DNA of 64,000 nt from Candidatus Freyarchaeum deiterrae (GCA_037305845.1 CP147778.1:1472001-1536000); one strand, 5' to 3'; shown: positions 41,185 through 51,211, counted from the stretch's first letter. The notes: generated from the letters alone by a model not told the origin. A program made the numbers and translations.

Positions 41185-41311
41185 GGGCCTGTAGTCTAGT
41201 GGATAGGGCGCCGGCCTTCGGATAAATGTAATGTTTAGAAGAGAGCCGGATGTCGGGAGTTCAAAAGCATATCAATGGTGTGATATGCGGATAGTCTCTC
41301 CAGGCCCGCCA
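41185..41311 (+). tRNA. tRNA-Arg(TCG) with two introns (41222..41243 at 37/38, 41266..41294 T-loop 59/60)
   Basis: GGGCCTG/CAGGCCC, CCGGC-CTTCGG|A-GCCGG, CCA; 76 nt after splicing. Confidence 0.92.
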
Positions 41312-41343
41312 TTCTGTATTTCCATTGTTTGAGGTAGATTTAA

Positions 41344-41865
41344 TTGAAAATGTCTTTTGAAATGGGGTCGGTTCTGAGTGGAAGAGAGATTCGGGAGATG
41401 GTTCTCGGAGGAAAGCTTGTTCGAGAGTATCTTGACTTGGATACCCAGTTAACGCCAAATGGTTTTGACCTCTCCTTGAGAGAGATTCATGCTTTTAAAG
41501 ATCCGGGCTATGTTGATTTTTCTAATAAGAGTAGACATGTTTCTGAAACTGAACCCTTAGATTTCGAACAAAAATTGTTTCTTAATCCGGGGGCTTATAA
41601 GATTGTTTATAACGAGATTGTGGATCTTCCCAATGATATACTAGCCATTGGACGGACTAGATCAACACTTTTGAGGTGTGGTACGAGTGTGGTTTCAGCT
41701 GTTTTTGACGCAGGCTATGTTGGCAGATGTGAGTCCCTGCTTATAGTAAGCAACCCTCACGGCTTCGTTTTAGAGAAGGATGCGCGGGTGCTGCAGCTTA
41801 TTTTCTTGAAGCTGTCTTCATCCTCTGAAGGATATTCTGGAGTGTACAAAGGAGAAAACATTTGA
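41344..41865 (+). CDS. trimeric dUTPase / dCTP deaminase family
   Basis: QLTPNGFDL, RSTLLRCG, DAGY.G, QLIF, GYSG.Y.GE. Confidence 0.88.
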   Translation: MKMSFEMGSVLSGREIREMVLGGKLVREYLDLDTQLTPNGFDLSLREIHAFKDPGYVDFSNKSRHVSETEPLDFEQKLFLNPGAYKIVYNEIVDLPNDILAIGRTRSTLLRCGTSVVSAVFDAGYVGRCESLLIVSNPHGFVLEKDARVLQLIFLKLSSSSEGYSGVYKGENI

Positions 41866-42101
41866 TTAGCAAAAGCGTGTTTAATATTCGAAAGCAGATT
41901 TTGAGTGATAGTGGAGATTGGATGTTCGGTTCAAATTTTTTGTTTATTAATTTTTCAAAGAATATTTATATATGTATTTATGAAATCAGTTTAGTCGTTT
42001 CACTGTAGGTAGATATCTTTATTATGTCTTGATGATGTTAATAACCGAAAAAGAGCCGTGGTTGTTTTTTTAGTGAATACGTTTATTGGAGTAGACATAA
42101 A

Positions 42102-42848
42102 TTGACTCTGGAAACGCATGTCTTAGACATTAAAAAAAGAATGAAATCAGTTGAGCTTTTGAAGATACTGAAAAAGGATCGCACGTACGAAGAGTTGTCC
42201 AAAATCACAAATTTGCCGATAACTGTCCTTAACCGATATGTCAAAGGGCATGTGCTTCCAAGCAAAAACCGGGCGGACGAACTTTTTGAAATATTTGATA
42301 AACTGTTTGATTTAAAGGAAGAGGTTTCACGAAGGATTAAATTTGATGGGCGTGAATATTTTGATAATACCGAACTATTAGGAGACACACTACTTATGAG
42401 AGTAGTGTCAGAGATGGTCTCTGAAAAGTTTATGGGGCAAAAGATTTCAAAGGTTTTAACAGCTGCGGTAGACGGGATTCCCATAGCAACACAAATAGCG
42501 AACCAACTAGAAGCTCAGTTAATAATAGCGAAAAGAAGTCGAGAAGTTGGAGTTTCAAAGTTCATAGAAGAATCGTATGTTCCTTCATTCTCGGGAGTAC
42601 TTATGACTCTTTACCTACCGAAAGGGGCCTTAACCAGTAGAGATCGTGTCCTAATAGTTGATGATATTATCCGCTCAGGCGAAACACAGAGAGCGTTAGT
42701 AAACATTGTAGAAAAATCAGGTGCTAAAATAGTGGGAATATTCTTCATAATTTCGATTGGTAAAAATTGGGAGAAAACAATAAGAACCCCGCCTAATTGT
42801 ACTGTTGAGATAGTTCTTCAGCTCCCAGAACCTAGTACATCATCGTAA
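42102..42848 (+). CDS. HTH + phosphoribosyltransferase (PurR/Apt-like)
   Basis: N-terminal HTH LNRYVKGHVLP; PRPP motif VLIVDDIIRSGET. Confidence 0.88.
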   Translation: MTLETHVLDIKKRMKSVELLKILKKDRTYEELSKITNLPITVLNRYVKGHVLPSKNRADELFEIFDKLFDLKEEVSRRIKFDGREYFDNTELLGDTLLMRVVSEMVSEKFMGQKISKVLTAAVDGIPIATQIANQLEAQLIIAKRSREVGVSKFIEESYVPSFSGVLMTLYLPKGALTSRDRVLIVDDIIRSGETQRALVNIVEKSGAKIVGIFFIISIGKNWEKTIRTPPNCTVEIVLQLPEPSTSS

Positions 42849-42941
42849 GTTAATAACAACCCTAAAGACATTATTTTCATAAAAAAAGTTGAAAAGATTT
42901 TGCTTTTATAATTTCGAGTTTTAAAAACAAGTAAATAAGGG

Positions 42942-43748
42942 CTACACTATTAGCTTCAATATCTTTTCGTGCAATATGCTATTTCCCGCTGCTACCAAAT
43001 TTTGTTTTCCGGTTAAGTCGATTTTGCCCTCAATCGGATTACCCTTATCATCTGAAATGATTCCACCTGCCTCCTCTATAATAAGCTTCGCAGAAGCAAA
43101 GTTTTCAGGGCTTAAAATATTTCTCAAGTCTAGAAAGGCTTCGTAACCACCTGAGGAAACATAGGAAAGTTCAAGGGAGTTTGATCCAATTTTTCGAATC
43201 TTTTTTACCCTTCTCAACAGGGGGATCACTTTATCCAAATCCGATTTATCTGGGAAATCCAAGTCGACTCCGACTATAGCCTCCTGCAGTTCTTTAGTTT
43301 GGGAAGGAGTTACTCTCAATCCGTCAAGAAAGGCACCTTTACCTTTGATAGCGTAGTAAGTCTTTCCAGATATTATATCCTTGACTATGGCGATTTCAAC
43401 TTCCTCAAAATAGGGCGAAGGAGCAACGGCTATGGAGATAGCGCTAAGCCCAATTCCTCTTGAAAAATTTGAGCTCCCATCGCACGGGTCAATTATTATG
43501 TATACATCTTCTCCCTCTTTAACAACTCCGGCTTCTTCGGCTAAGAAAGTAATGTTTCCGTAAATTTTCCTTATCTCAGACATAATGAAGTCTTCAGAAG
43601 ATTTGTCAAAACCCCTAGTAATATCACCCTTAACATTTAAACCTAAAAGCTCATTCGATCCAGAGCCTTCCTTAAGAAGCTTAACCCGAGCCCTTTCAGC
43701 CACACCCAATAACAACTTAAGATAATCATTTTTACGCACGCTAAACAC
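42942..43748 (-). CDS. inositol monophosphatase / FBPase (SuhB family)
   Basis: EE, IIDPCDGSSNF, EEAGG..SD. Confidence 0.9.
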   Translation of the reverse strand: MFSVRKNDYLKLLLGVAERARVKLLKEGSGSNELLGLNVKGDITRGFDKSSEDFIMSEIRKIYGNITFLAEEAGVVKEGEDVYIIIDPCDGSSNFSRGIGLSAISIAVAPSPYFEEVEIAIVKDIISGKTYYAIKGKGAFLDGLRVTPSQTKELQEAIVGVDLDFPDKSDLDKVIPLLRRVKKIRKIGSNSLELSYVSSGGYEAFLDLRNILSPENFASAKLIIEEAGGIISDDKGNPIEGKIDLTGKQNLVAAGNSILHEKILKLIV

Positions 43749-43934
43749 CCTTGAAAGAATATAGTATTTTAGCTACTCAAATCAGTTTTGGGACTTTTAA
43801 TGGAGTTCTCGAAGCCCACAAATCAAAAATTCATTTAACTGTCTTCCAAAGTGAAAAAAATTAAACATAAAAATTAGATAGGGAGGGATGGATGCTCTAA
43901 GCTAGAGATGATAGTAGGAGTGGAGAAAAAACCG

Positions 43935-44657
43935 TTAAATATACATGTCTTCTCGCGGTTCTCGTCTCTGAAATTCTTCTTGTTGTTTGAGTATTTTCCC
44001 AACTTCTTCTTCTATCTCATGTGCATCTCTAATTAGTTCTGTGGTGGATACCGATAATCCGTAAAGGGCATTAATCTTCTCGATGACAACAGCAGCTGCT
44101 CTGGGGTCGGGTCTTCCTCTTTGAGCAAAGGGGAGAATGGAAAGGGCAGGAAAGTTTCCGATTTCTAGGTAAATCAACATTAATGCCAAAGGACCGAAAA
44201 CATTTAACCCCTCCTCAAGTAGAACGAAATTATTTTCTTGGGCCTTTTTAAGCATCGCTCCAGTGGGAACTACCCTAAATTCAGCCTCTCCCACCTTAAA
44301 CTGGTTATCTAATCCTCCTACTAAAACAGCTTCGCTGAATTTGTTTTCAATTAACCATTGGGTTATGGTTTGCGCAAATCGTCTCTGTTCCGCACGGTAA
44401 GGAATAACCCGTGGAAAAAGAATAACTAAATTACCACTTTTAAAAAGTTCAAAGGGGAGAGTTAATCGGGAATTCTCCAAACCGGTTAGTTGTGGTAAAA
44501 GTGTGGTGTCTATAAAGCCTATCCGCTCAGCTTGTAGAGTTTTAATTAAATGTCTTACTGCGATATATCCAGTTTCGCCAATGGCACTATGAAAACCAGT
44601 TATAAAAATACAGTCTTTAAGGTCAATATTCTCTTTGACTTTAATTTCAATACTCAA
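43935..44657 (-). CDS. PAC2-family proteasome assembly chaperone
   Basis: ITGF...G.TGYIA, LVGGLD, GPLA, PDPRAA. Confidence 0.85.
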   Translation of the reverse strand: MSIEIKVKENIDLKDCIFITGFHSAIGETGYIAVRHLIKTLQAERIGFIDTTLLPQLTGLENSRLTLPFELFKSGNLVILFPRVIPYRAEQRRFAQTITQWLIENKFSEAVLVGGLDNQFKVGEAEFRVVPTGAMLKKAQENNFVLLEEGLNVFGPLALMLIYLEIGNFPALSILPFAQRGRPDPRAAAVVIEKINALYGLSVSTTELIRDAHEIEEEVGKILKQQEEFQRREPREDMYI

Positions 44658-45084
44658 TACACGTCACCTCTCACACAACACAAATCATAAAAAGTGATCA
44701 GAACAAATTTTTCCGATTTAAACAATTCATTATATCAAAGTGGAAATGTCAGCAATAATTTGAATTAGTATTTTTTGAGTGAAGTAGACAATAATAATCA
44801 AACAATGGGAATCATGGAAATAAAGTTTTTTAAATTTTAAAAAATTTTTCCCACGGAATGTTTTTATAGTTCTCTGAGAATTGTAAAAACATTAAGAAGA
44901 AAACCGTGTTTCTTTATTTATTATTCACCAGCCTTTTTGTTTAAGATATAATGAAAGGTTTGGATATCAGTTGTTTCTCTATCATTCAGAGACTCGGAGA
45001 AATGACCAACTTACATAAGGAACATGCAATCTTCTATTGATAAATCTAAGTTATACTAACAAGTAGCATACGGAGGTTACTTTA

Positions 45085-46350
45085 ATGCAAATTACTTTTT
45101 TAGGCGGATGCCAAGCGGTAGGTGGCTCCGGGATTTTTGTGTCTGCTGGTGAAACTCAAATTCTTGCGGATTATGGAATTTATATGAACCGCCGCAATGA
45201 ACCAAGATTTCCGCTTCCCCCACCAGAAGAAGTGGACGCCGCGTTCATGACGCATGCACACTTGGACCATTCTGGAGCGTTCCCTCAACTCTACTCTAAT
45301 TCTGATGATTTTCCGCTTTATTTGACAGCGCCCACACGCGATCTTGTTAATCTTCTTTATGATGACATGTTTAAATTGGAGAAATTTCCTTTTGGTAAAG
45401 AAGAGAAAAGAAGAACTTTGAAGAATAGCATTCCAGTAAATTATGGGCAACAGATTTCCCTTAACCATGATTGTAAAATCACCTTTTTGAATGCAGGACA
45501 TATTCCGGGAAGTTACTCTTTGTTAATAGAGGCGGAAGGAAAAAGACTGCTTTATACATCCGACTTTAATACAGTTACAACCCAGTTATTAGAAGGAGCA
45601 AAATTTGACAATTTAAAACTAGACGCCGTAATATTAGAGAGCACCTACGCGCTTGAAACCCATCCCGATAGAACGGCTACGGAGAAACAGTTTATACGAA
45701 CTGTTCATGACACCTTAGATAACGGTGGATCGGTTTTGATACCAGCGTTTGCGGTGGCGCGTTCTCAAGAAATATTATGTCTTCTTTATAGGAATTATAG
45801 GGATTACCCAATCACACTGGACGGTATGGCTAGGGGTGCGAGTAGAGCGATTAGTCAATATCCAGAATTCGTTAGAGATTACGGACTCTTACTAAAATCA
45901 CTTAGCTCATGCCGATGGGTAAAAAATGATAGTGACAGGATTAAAGCAATTTTTAGCCAAGGAATTATAGTGTCTCCCGCAGGCATGATGAGAGGCGGAC
46001 CAGTAGATCACTATATGAAGATATTGGCTGAAGATCCAGATAACGCGGTACTCCTAGTGAGTTTTCAGATTCCAGGAACACCCGGGCGAACACTAGTAGA
46101 GACTGGGCAATATTTTATGGATGGAAAAATGAGTAAGGTAAATGCGCATGTTAAAAGCTTTAACTTTTCATCACACTCGGATAGACCTCAACTATTTCAC
46201 ACAATTGAGAAACTAAAGCAGAACTCGGAAACTACTGTTTTCCTGGTTCATGGTGAGAAGAAAGTGTGTACTACCTTTAGGGATGATGTAGAAGCAGAAT
46301 TCAAATTACCAACCTTCTGCCCAAAAAATGGGGAGGCATTCATAATTTAA
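45085..46350 (+). CDS. MBL / beta-CASP ribonuclease (aCPSF2-like)
   Basis: HAHLDHSG, AGHIPGS, ESTY, PAFAVAR.QE, FSSH, VHGE. Confidence 0.92.
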   Translation: MQITFLGGCQAVGGSGIFVSAGETQILADYGIYMNRRNEPRFPLPPPEEVDAAFMTHAHLDHSGAFPQLYSNSDDFPLYLTAPTRDLVNLLYDDMFKLEKFPFGKEEKRRTLKNSIPVNYGQQISLNHDCKITFLNAGHIPGSYSLLIEAEGKRLLYTSDFNTVTTQLLEGAKFDNLKLDAVILESTYALETHPDRTATEKQFIRTVHDTLDNGGSVLIPAFAVARSQEILCLLYRNYRDYPITLDGMARGASRAISQYPEFVRDYGLLLKSLSSCRWVKNDSDRIKAIFSQGIIVSPAGMMRGGPVDHYMKILAEDPDNAVLLVSFQIPGTPGRTLVETGQYFMDGKMSKVNAHVKSFNFSSHSDRPQLFHTIEKLKQNSETTVFLVHGEKKVCTTFRDDVEAEFKLPTFCPKNGEAFII

Positions 46351-46397
46351 ATGCTAAATTAAGATGAAAAAGATTGTTTAAAGAATAGTTGGGAAGC

Positions 46398-46622
46398 TTA
46401 GCGAGGTTTTATTTTTCTCGCTTCTCTCTCTGTTTCCCTGAGCATTAGTATGTCTCCCTTTTTTACGGGGCCCTTAACGTTGCGTGTAAGAATACGCCCT
46501 TTATCCCGCCCTTCAAGAATGCGAACCTTCACCTGTATTATTTCTCCAGTTACCCCTGTACGGGCAACCACACTTATCACTTCTGAAGGAATAGATTGAT
46601 CTTCTGTGCTCATGTCTATCAT
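46398..46622 (-). CDS. rps28e: ribosomal protein eS28
   Basis: [26 protein letters not shown]. Confidence 0.97.
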   Translation of the reverse strand: MIDMSTEDQSIPSEVISVVARTGVTGEIIQVKVRILEGRDKGRILTRNVKGPVKKGDILMLRETEREARKIKPR

Positions 46623-46798
46623 ACTCCAAAATTTTCACTAAAAGAGGAGAATAAGTAAAAGCTTTAAAACTTTCGCTAAACATAGTTTACTAACGTTGAG
46701 AACCTTATTTTATCAAAATTCATTAGCTTAGAGGTAGAAAGATTCTTATATTCTGATAAGTAAAGGATTCGCGCATAATTCATATAAGGCGACCGAAG

Positions 46799-46981
46799 AT
46801 GGTGAGAAAGTATAACTGCGCATTCTGCGGAGAGGAAATTGAAACTGGAACAGGCTCACAATATATTCGTAGAGACGGCTCATCGCTCTACTTTTGCTCT
46901 AGCAAATGCAAAAAGAACCTACTAGTTCTGAAAAGAAAACCACGAAAATTCAAATGGTCCAAGCTTTATGAAAAACAATAA
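46799..46981 (+). CDS. rpl24e: ribosomal protein eL24 (inverted relative to flanking genes)
   Basis: CAFCG..I..GTG, FCSSKC.K, RKPRK..W. Confidence 0.96.
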   Translation: MVRKYNCAFCGEEIETGTGSQYIRRDGSSLYFCSSKCKKNLLVLKRKPRKFKWSKLYEKQ

Positions 46982-47053
46982 AAAATTAGTACCTACTTTT
47001 TGAAAGATATTTCGAACTATTAAGTTGAGGATAAGAAAAATAGTTGTGATTGG

Positions 47054-47704
47054 TTAGGTCTCCAAAACTGCTGCCGCAATAGCATCTTCGAGACCAGTTA
47101 GTTGTTTTTTATTAGAGTAGGGATTCTCAGCAAGTAGATAGTCTCTTATTTGCTGCCTAACGGTTTTCACGAGACTGTGATCCTCTGAAAGTTTTTTGCA
47201 AGCTTCTCTAAGTTTAGAAGTTAATTCTATGTTAATTTTTGGAGCCCATTCAGAAATATATTTCTCAGTGTTTTCGTATCCATCACTTTTGGCTAGTGAT
47301 GTTTTACTTCTCCAGAGTTTTATTTCACGTTTTGCGCTTTCACCAGAGTCTGAAGCGTGAATTACATTGATTCCGCCCCAAATTCCGTATTTTCCCCTAA
47401 TTGTGTCAGCATCTGCTTTGTTAGCCATGGTGGCTCCCGCCATATCGCGAATCGTTCGAATGATTCCACTTCCAGTAACGACCATTGCCACAATGGGGCA
47501 TAGTGTTATGTATGCTTTCAAGCTGGGGAAAAAGGGCTTATCCTTATGCTCTGCGTAATGTTTTTCCCCAAGATCTTCAGAGACCTGAAGCTCTAGGAAG
47601 TTTTCAATTCCAAAACCTTTCTCTAAAAAGTTTTCCAAGACACGGACGCCGACAACTCGTCTGAGCACCGCATCAGGTTTCAAAAGAACTAAACTTTGCT
47701 CCAT
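47054..47704 (-). CDS. ndk: nucleoside diphosphate kinase with C-terminal extension
   Basis: LLKPDAV, HYAEHKDKPFF, TIRG, NVIHASD. Confidence 0.93.
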   Translation of the reverse strand: MEQSLVLLKPDAVLRRVVGVRVLENFLEKGFGIENFLELQVSEDLGEKHYAEHKDKPFFPSLKAYITLCPIVAMVVTGSGIIRTIRDMAGATMANKADADTIRGKYGIWGGINVIHASDSGESAKREIKLWRSKTSLAKSDGYENTEKYISEWAPKINIELTSKLREACKKLSEDHSLVKTVRQQIRDYLLAENPYSNKKQLTGLEDAIAAAVLET

Positions 47705-47865
47705 AAGACATACCTCAAAAAGGAAACTGAAACATAATCAGTTTTTAGTTTTTGTTAGCTTCCAACACTTTGGAAATATGGAAATTTAAGTATTATTCAG
47801 AATATTCAAAATTCTCAATTGGATTTAACAGAGTTTTCATATAGTTCTAGTTTCATGTCTAATAC

Positions 47866-48204
47866 TCATAAAAAACGTTTCCCCGCAATGTAGGTATAGG
47901 CCTCAATATTCCCTTGATTTGTTGAAACCTTAACCCTAATTCGTTTATACAAACCCGAATTGACCCCTTCATACCTATCAAGAATTTTAAAGGAATCCTC
48001 GTCTAAACCCTTTATTAGCATCCCCTCAACCGCACAACCATCATGAGGTATAATATAATTATAGGGAAAAAGCTCACTTGGATTAATTTTTTCAAAACCG
48101 TGAAGTTTTGCCGGCAAATAAGTTAAGCCTTTTCCAACGAGATTTTCGGTAAACTCTTGATCTAATAGAGTACCATAAACGAATAAGCAAATTTGGCTAT
48201 CCAT
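47866..48204 (-). CDS. gamma-glutamylcyclotransferase / AIG2-like
   Basis: FVYGTL, VEG.L, LDRYEG...Y.R. Confidence 0.88.
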   Translation of the reverse strand: MDSQICLFVYGTLLDQEFTENLVGKGLTYLPAKLHGFEKINPSELFPYNYIIPHDGCAVEGMLIKGLDEDSFKILDRYEGVNSGLYKRIRVKVSTNQGNIEAYTYIAGKRFL

Positions 48205-48394
48205 CGAATATCAACCAATTTTCGTTACTTATTAAATGGAGATCATTAGACGTCAGAAAGCATAATCTCATAATTTGAACCTTTTCTCTTAACAATAATT
48301 GGTTTCTATGTGTTAAATAACTCTTTAAAATGTCCTCTCAAAATATTAACAAATAAATATAACTTGCTTCTCTAAATATTTGAGGTGGATGAAT

Positions 48395-48544
48395 TTGGAA
48401 GTTAAAGTAACTATAGACGGGAAAAAGATTGAAATGAACGAGTATGTAACAACTGTCTTTTTCGAAGTATGTGCTGGCTTATTAAGAACGCTCAGAGGAG
48501 TAAAAGAAGATTGGAAGGGGCTTGATATTCAAATTAAAAAGTGA
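48395..48544 (+). CDS. small hypothetical protein (49 aa)
   Basis: GAGGTGG RBS; MEVKVTIDGKKIEMNEYV...GLLRTLRGV..., resembles small archaeal proteins / MobB C-terminal tails. Confidence 0.65.
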   Translation: MEVKVTIDGKKIEMNEYVTTVFFEVCAGLLRTLRGVKEDWKGLDIQIKK

Positions 48545-48671
48545 AACTAAATTAAAAATGTTATCCAAAAAAGCTGAGGTTCAACCCAAAAATAAGTTCT
48601 TATATTCCACTCTTTGTTCTTTTAGAAGTTTCTTTTGTTTCGTTTAGTTTTTACCATTTTTAAACACTAAT

Positions 48672-49619
48672 TTACGCGTCTTTTACACCGTCTTCTTCTA
48701 TAGCGAAGACTACTTCAGCTTCGGGTAAGTATGGGCTGTCGACCAGACGAGCTATTCGCTGATTTCCTCTGCTTTTTCGGAGATAAATTCTAGTGGTAGA
48801 ATTGTGAGCAACTATATGCCCACCAACGGGTTCTGTCGGGTCTCCAAAGAAAGCGTCTGGTTTTGCCATAACTTGATTCGAAATAACCACAGCCAAGTTA
48901 TATAGTTCGGCTAATCTTAACAATGTGTGAAGATGCTTGTTTAGTTTTTGTTGGCGTTCCGCTAGCATACCACGCCCTATGTACTCTGCTCTAAAGTAGC
49001 CGATAATGCTGTCCACGATAATTAGTTTAACATTTTTGCCTTTTTCAATAAGCTCACCTATATTCTGGGAGAGATAAAGTTGGTGATCTGAGTTATAGGC
49101 TCTAGCAAAAACTATGTTTTTTAAAACTTCTTTGGGTTCTAGTGTAAATCTCTCAGAGATAGGAATCAAGCGTTCAGGTCTAAAAGTCCCTTCAGTATCG
49201 ATGTAAACTGCCACCCCGCCTAATCCTCCCAATTCTTCAGGTAGTTGGACCGTTACGGAGAGTTGATGGCATATCTGAGTTTTACCCGTTCGGAACTCTC
49301 CGAAAAATTCTGTAATCCCTTTGGCTTCGACTCCTCCGCCCAGTAATTGATCCAGATTCTTGGTGCCTGTTGTAATTTGAGATAATTTCCTTCTTTGGTT
49401 TAAGAATTCCTGAGCGGATATGAATCCAATATTCAATTGCTCCCTCGCTGCTTCAATGATTCTTGTGGCAGTTGACTCACCAATATCCGCTGCTTTGGCT
49501 AATTCCTTTGGCGTGGCAACAGCTACAGCTTCGGGAGTTTTAAAACCTCCCTCACTTAACTTTTTGGAGATAGCGGGGCCTACTCCCGGAAGATCTTGTA
49601 ACGACATTAAACTACTCAA
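48672..49619 (-). CDS. radA: DNA repair recombinase RadA
   Basis: N-terminal HhH LPGVG, GEFRTGKTQ, YIDTEGTFRPER, RAYNSDHQ, GRG.LAERQ. Confidence 0.97.
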   Translation of the reverse strand: MSSLMSLQDLPGVGPAISKKLSEGGFKTPEAVAVATPKELAKAADIGESTATRIIEAAREQLNIGFISAQEFLNQRRKLSQITTGTKNLDQLLGGGVEAKGITEFFGEFRTGKTQICHQLSVTVQLPEELGGLGGVAVYIDTEGTFRPERLIPISERFTLEPKEVLKNIVFARAYNSDHQLYLSQNIGELIEKGKNVKLIIVDSIIGYFRAEYIGRGMLAERQQKLNKHLHTLLRLAELYNLAVVISNQVMAKPDAFFGDPTEPVGGHIVAHNSTTRIYLRKSRGNQRIARLVDSPYLPEAEVVFAIEEDGVKDA

Positions 49620-49669
49620 TCAAACCATTCTCCAGAATAAAGGTTTAGAATATAATTAGATGGGGGGTT

Positions 49670-49868
49670 TAGAGAGGACGTTCAAACTGCTTTTTTCAAG
49701 CAGAGCATGAAAAGCGGCCTACAGGTGGAGGATGCGGTAGCCCCATACTAAATGGGGGCTCAGCGGTCAGAGAAGTTGAGAGACTTGAAAATTTGATCTT
49801 TGGATGTTATTAGGGGTGGTCATTATAGCTCTCTTCTCTGAACCGCATCAAACTAAACGTCCTCTCTA
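49670..49868. other. ~200-nt structured non-coding element bounded by a 13-bp perfect inverted repeat (ncRNA or MITE candidate)
   Basis: TAGAGAGGACGTT...AACGTCCTCTCTA; inner stems GATGCGGT/ACCGCATC, CAGAGAAG/CTTCTCTG and side hairpins. Confidence 0.5.
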
Positions 49869-50259
49869 TGGGAGGTGTATTATAATTTTATTATTGGTTA
49901 TCAGGTTAATAACCACGTGTGTAAGTGTTATTTCCAGTATTTCCAGTGTTACCACAAAAAGTATTGGAGACGCATAAAGGGTTATTCTTTCTAGGGAGAC
50001 GCATTTTCGCGTGAAGCGTTCTCATTCGGAGAGTTGACGGCCTCTGTCCCATCTGGTCTGGCGACACCAGTAATTAAATTAAAAAAATGTTTAGAAATTA
50101 GAGTTTAGATTCTTAAATTTCAACCAACATTAAATTTATTTAACGAGCATAAATCATAAATGGGATATTAACTATAAAATTAGCAATGAGTGCTAAAAAC
50201 TGACGAAGAGTAATAGGAGTTATGGTATCGAAAAATACTTCCTAGGAGGGCGAAGGAGT

Positions 50260-50556
50260 TTGTCTTCCAATATGGAAAAGGAAAAATATTTGAAAAATTT
50301 ACTTAAGGACTGGGTTGAGAAAGGGGTAAAGGCCAAAACTAAGGATAATAAAGATTTAAACATTGATATTGTATCTAGTGCTGTTAAGGCAGCAATTTCT
50401 CAAAAGGAGATTAACGATTTAGAACTTAAAAAAATTATAAACAATGTCCGTGATGAAGAGGTGATAGCCTATGTTAATTGGGAAGGATTTGAAGACCGTC
50501 AGAAAAGGTTTAATGCGTTAAAAAGCAAGTTAAAGGAATTGAATTTACAAATCTAA
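50260..50556 (+). CDS. hypothetical protein
   Basis: AT-rich ORF with GGAG RBS; no recognised motif. Confidence 0.6.
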   Translation: MSSNMEKEKYLKNLLKDWVEKGVKAKTKDNKDLNIDIVSSAVKAAISQKEINDLELKKIINNVRDEEVIAYVNWEGFEDRQKRFNALKSKLKELNLQI

Positions 50557-50612
50557 ATCCTAGGTCGAATATCTCCTGCGTGTCTAAATAAATCTTGAAT
50601 TTTTGTTGTTTT

Positions 50613-51044
50613 TCAGCCCCTTTGGTAGACTCGTATGTATGGTCCTGGTGTAACCAGTATGTATTCGTTTCCTAGTTGAGCTATGTCTCCTTCTATTTGA
50701 CGGCAAATGCCTCTCAACTGATCTACTGCTCTTTTGAGTTCGTTGTTCGATTGCCCTCTCTGGATGAATTGTCTTATATGTATTAGAATTATGTTTCCCG
50801 ACTTTAGCTCCTCTGCTATTCTCGGAATATCTGATAGTGTTAAAAGCGGAATGGACTTTATGTAAACTACACCCGAATCAACCACTTCTTGGGGGATTTG
50901 CTCTGTTTTGGCCCCCTCATCGAAGACGCCCAGTTTCGATAAATACTCTTCGGTACCTAATGAGACGCCGTTATCATTGTCCAAGTTTAGAGTTTCTTCT
51001 CTTTTCGCTTTAACTCTTTTAAGGAACGCCATTTTTACCGCCAA
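50613..51044 (-). CDS. sepF: cell division protein SepF
   Basis: ELKSGNIILI, ELKRAVDQL, GDIAQLG..YILVTP. Confidence 0.88.
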   Translation of the reverse strand: MAVKMAFLKRVKAKREETLNLDNDNGVSLGTEEYLSKLGVFDEGAKTEQIPQEVVDSGVVYIKSIPLLTLSDIPRIAEELKSGNIILIHIRQFIQRGQSNNELKRAVDQLRGICRQIEGDIAQLGNEYILVTPGPYIRVYQRG

Positions 51045-51211
51045 CTTATATTTTATAGTAGCTATTTCCTAATAGATTAAAGAAAGTAAGCCCCACGGAA
51101 TACATTTATAAATTTATTTGATTTTCACCATTTTTCCACAAGGGAGCTACAGGCTTGCTGTAGGTTCTTGGCGTCTAAAAATGTTTATATTACATTTTTA
51201 AAAAGCGAAAT

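Noticed and set aside
49929-49947. ORB / replication origin
   Set aside because: Only a partial TTCCAGT resemblance; no G-string and no cdc6/orc1 nearby
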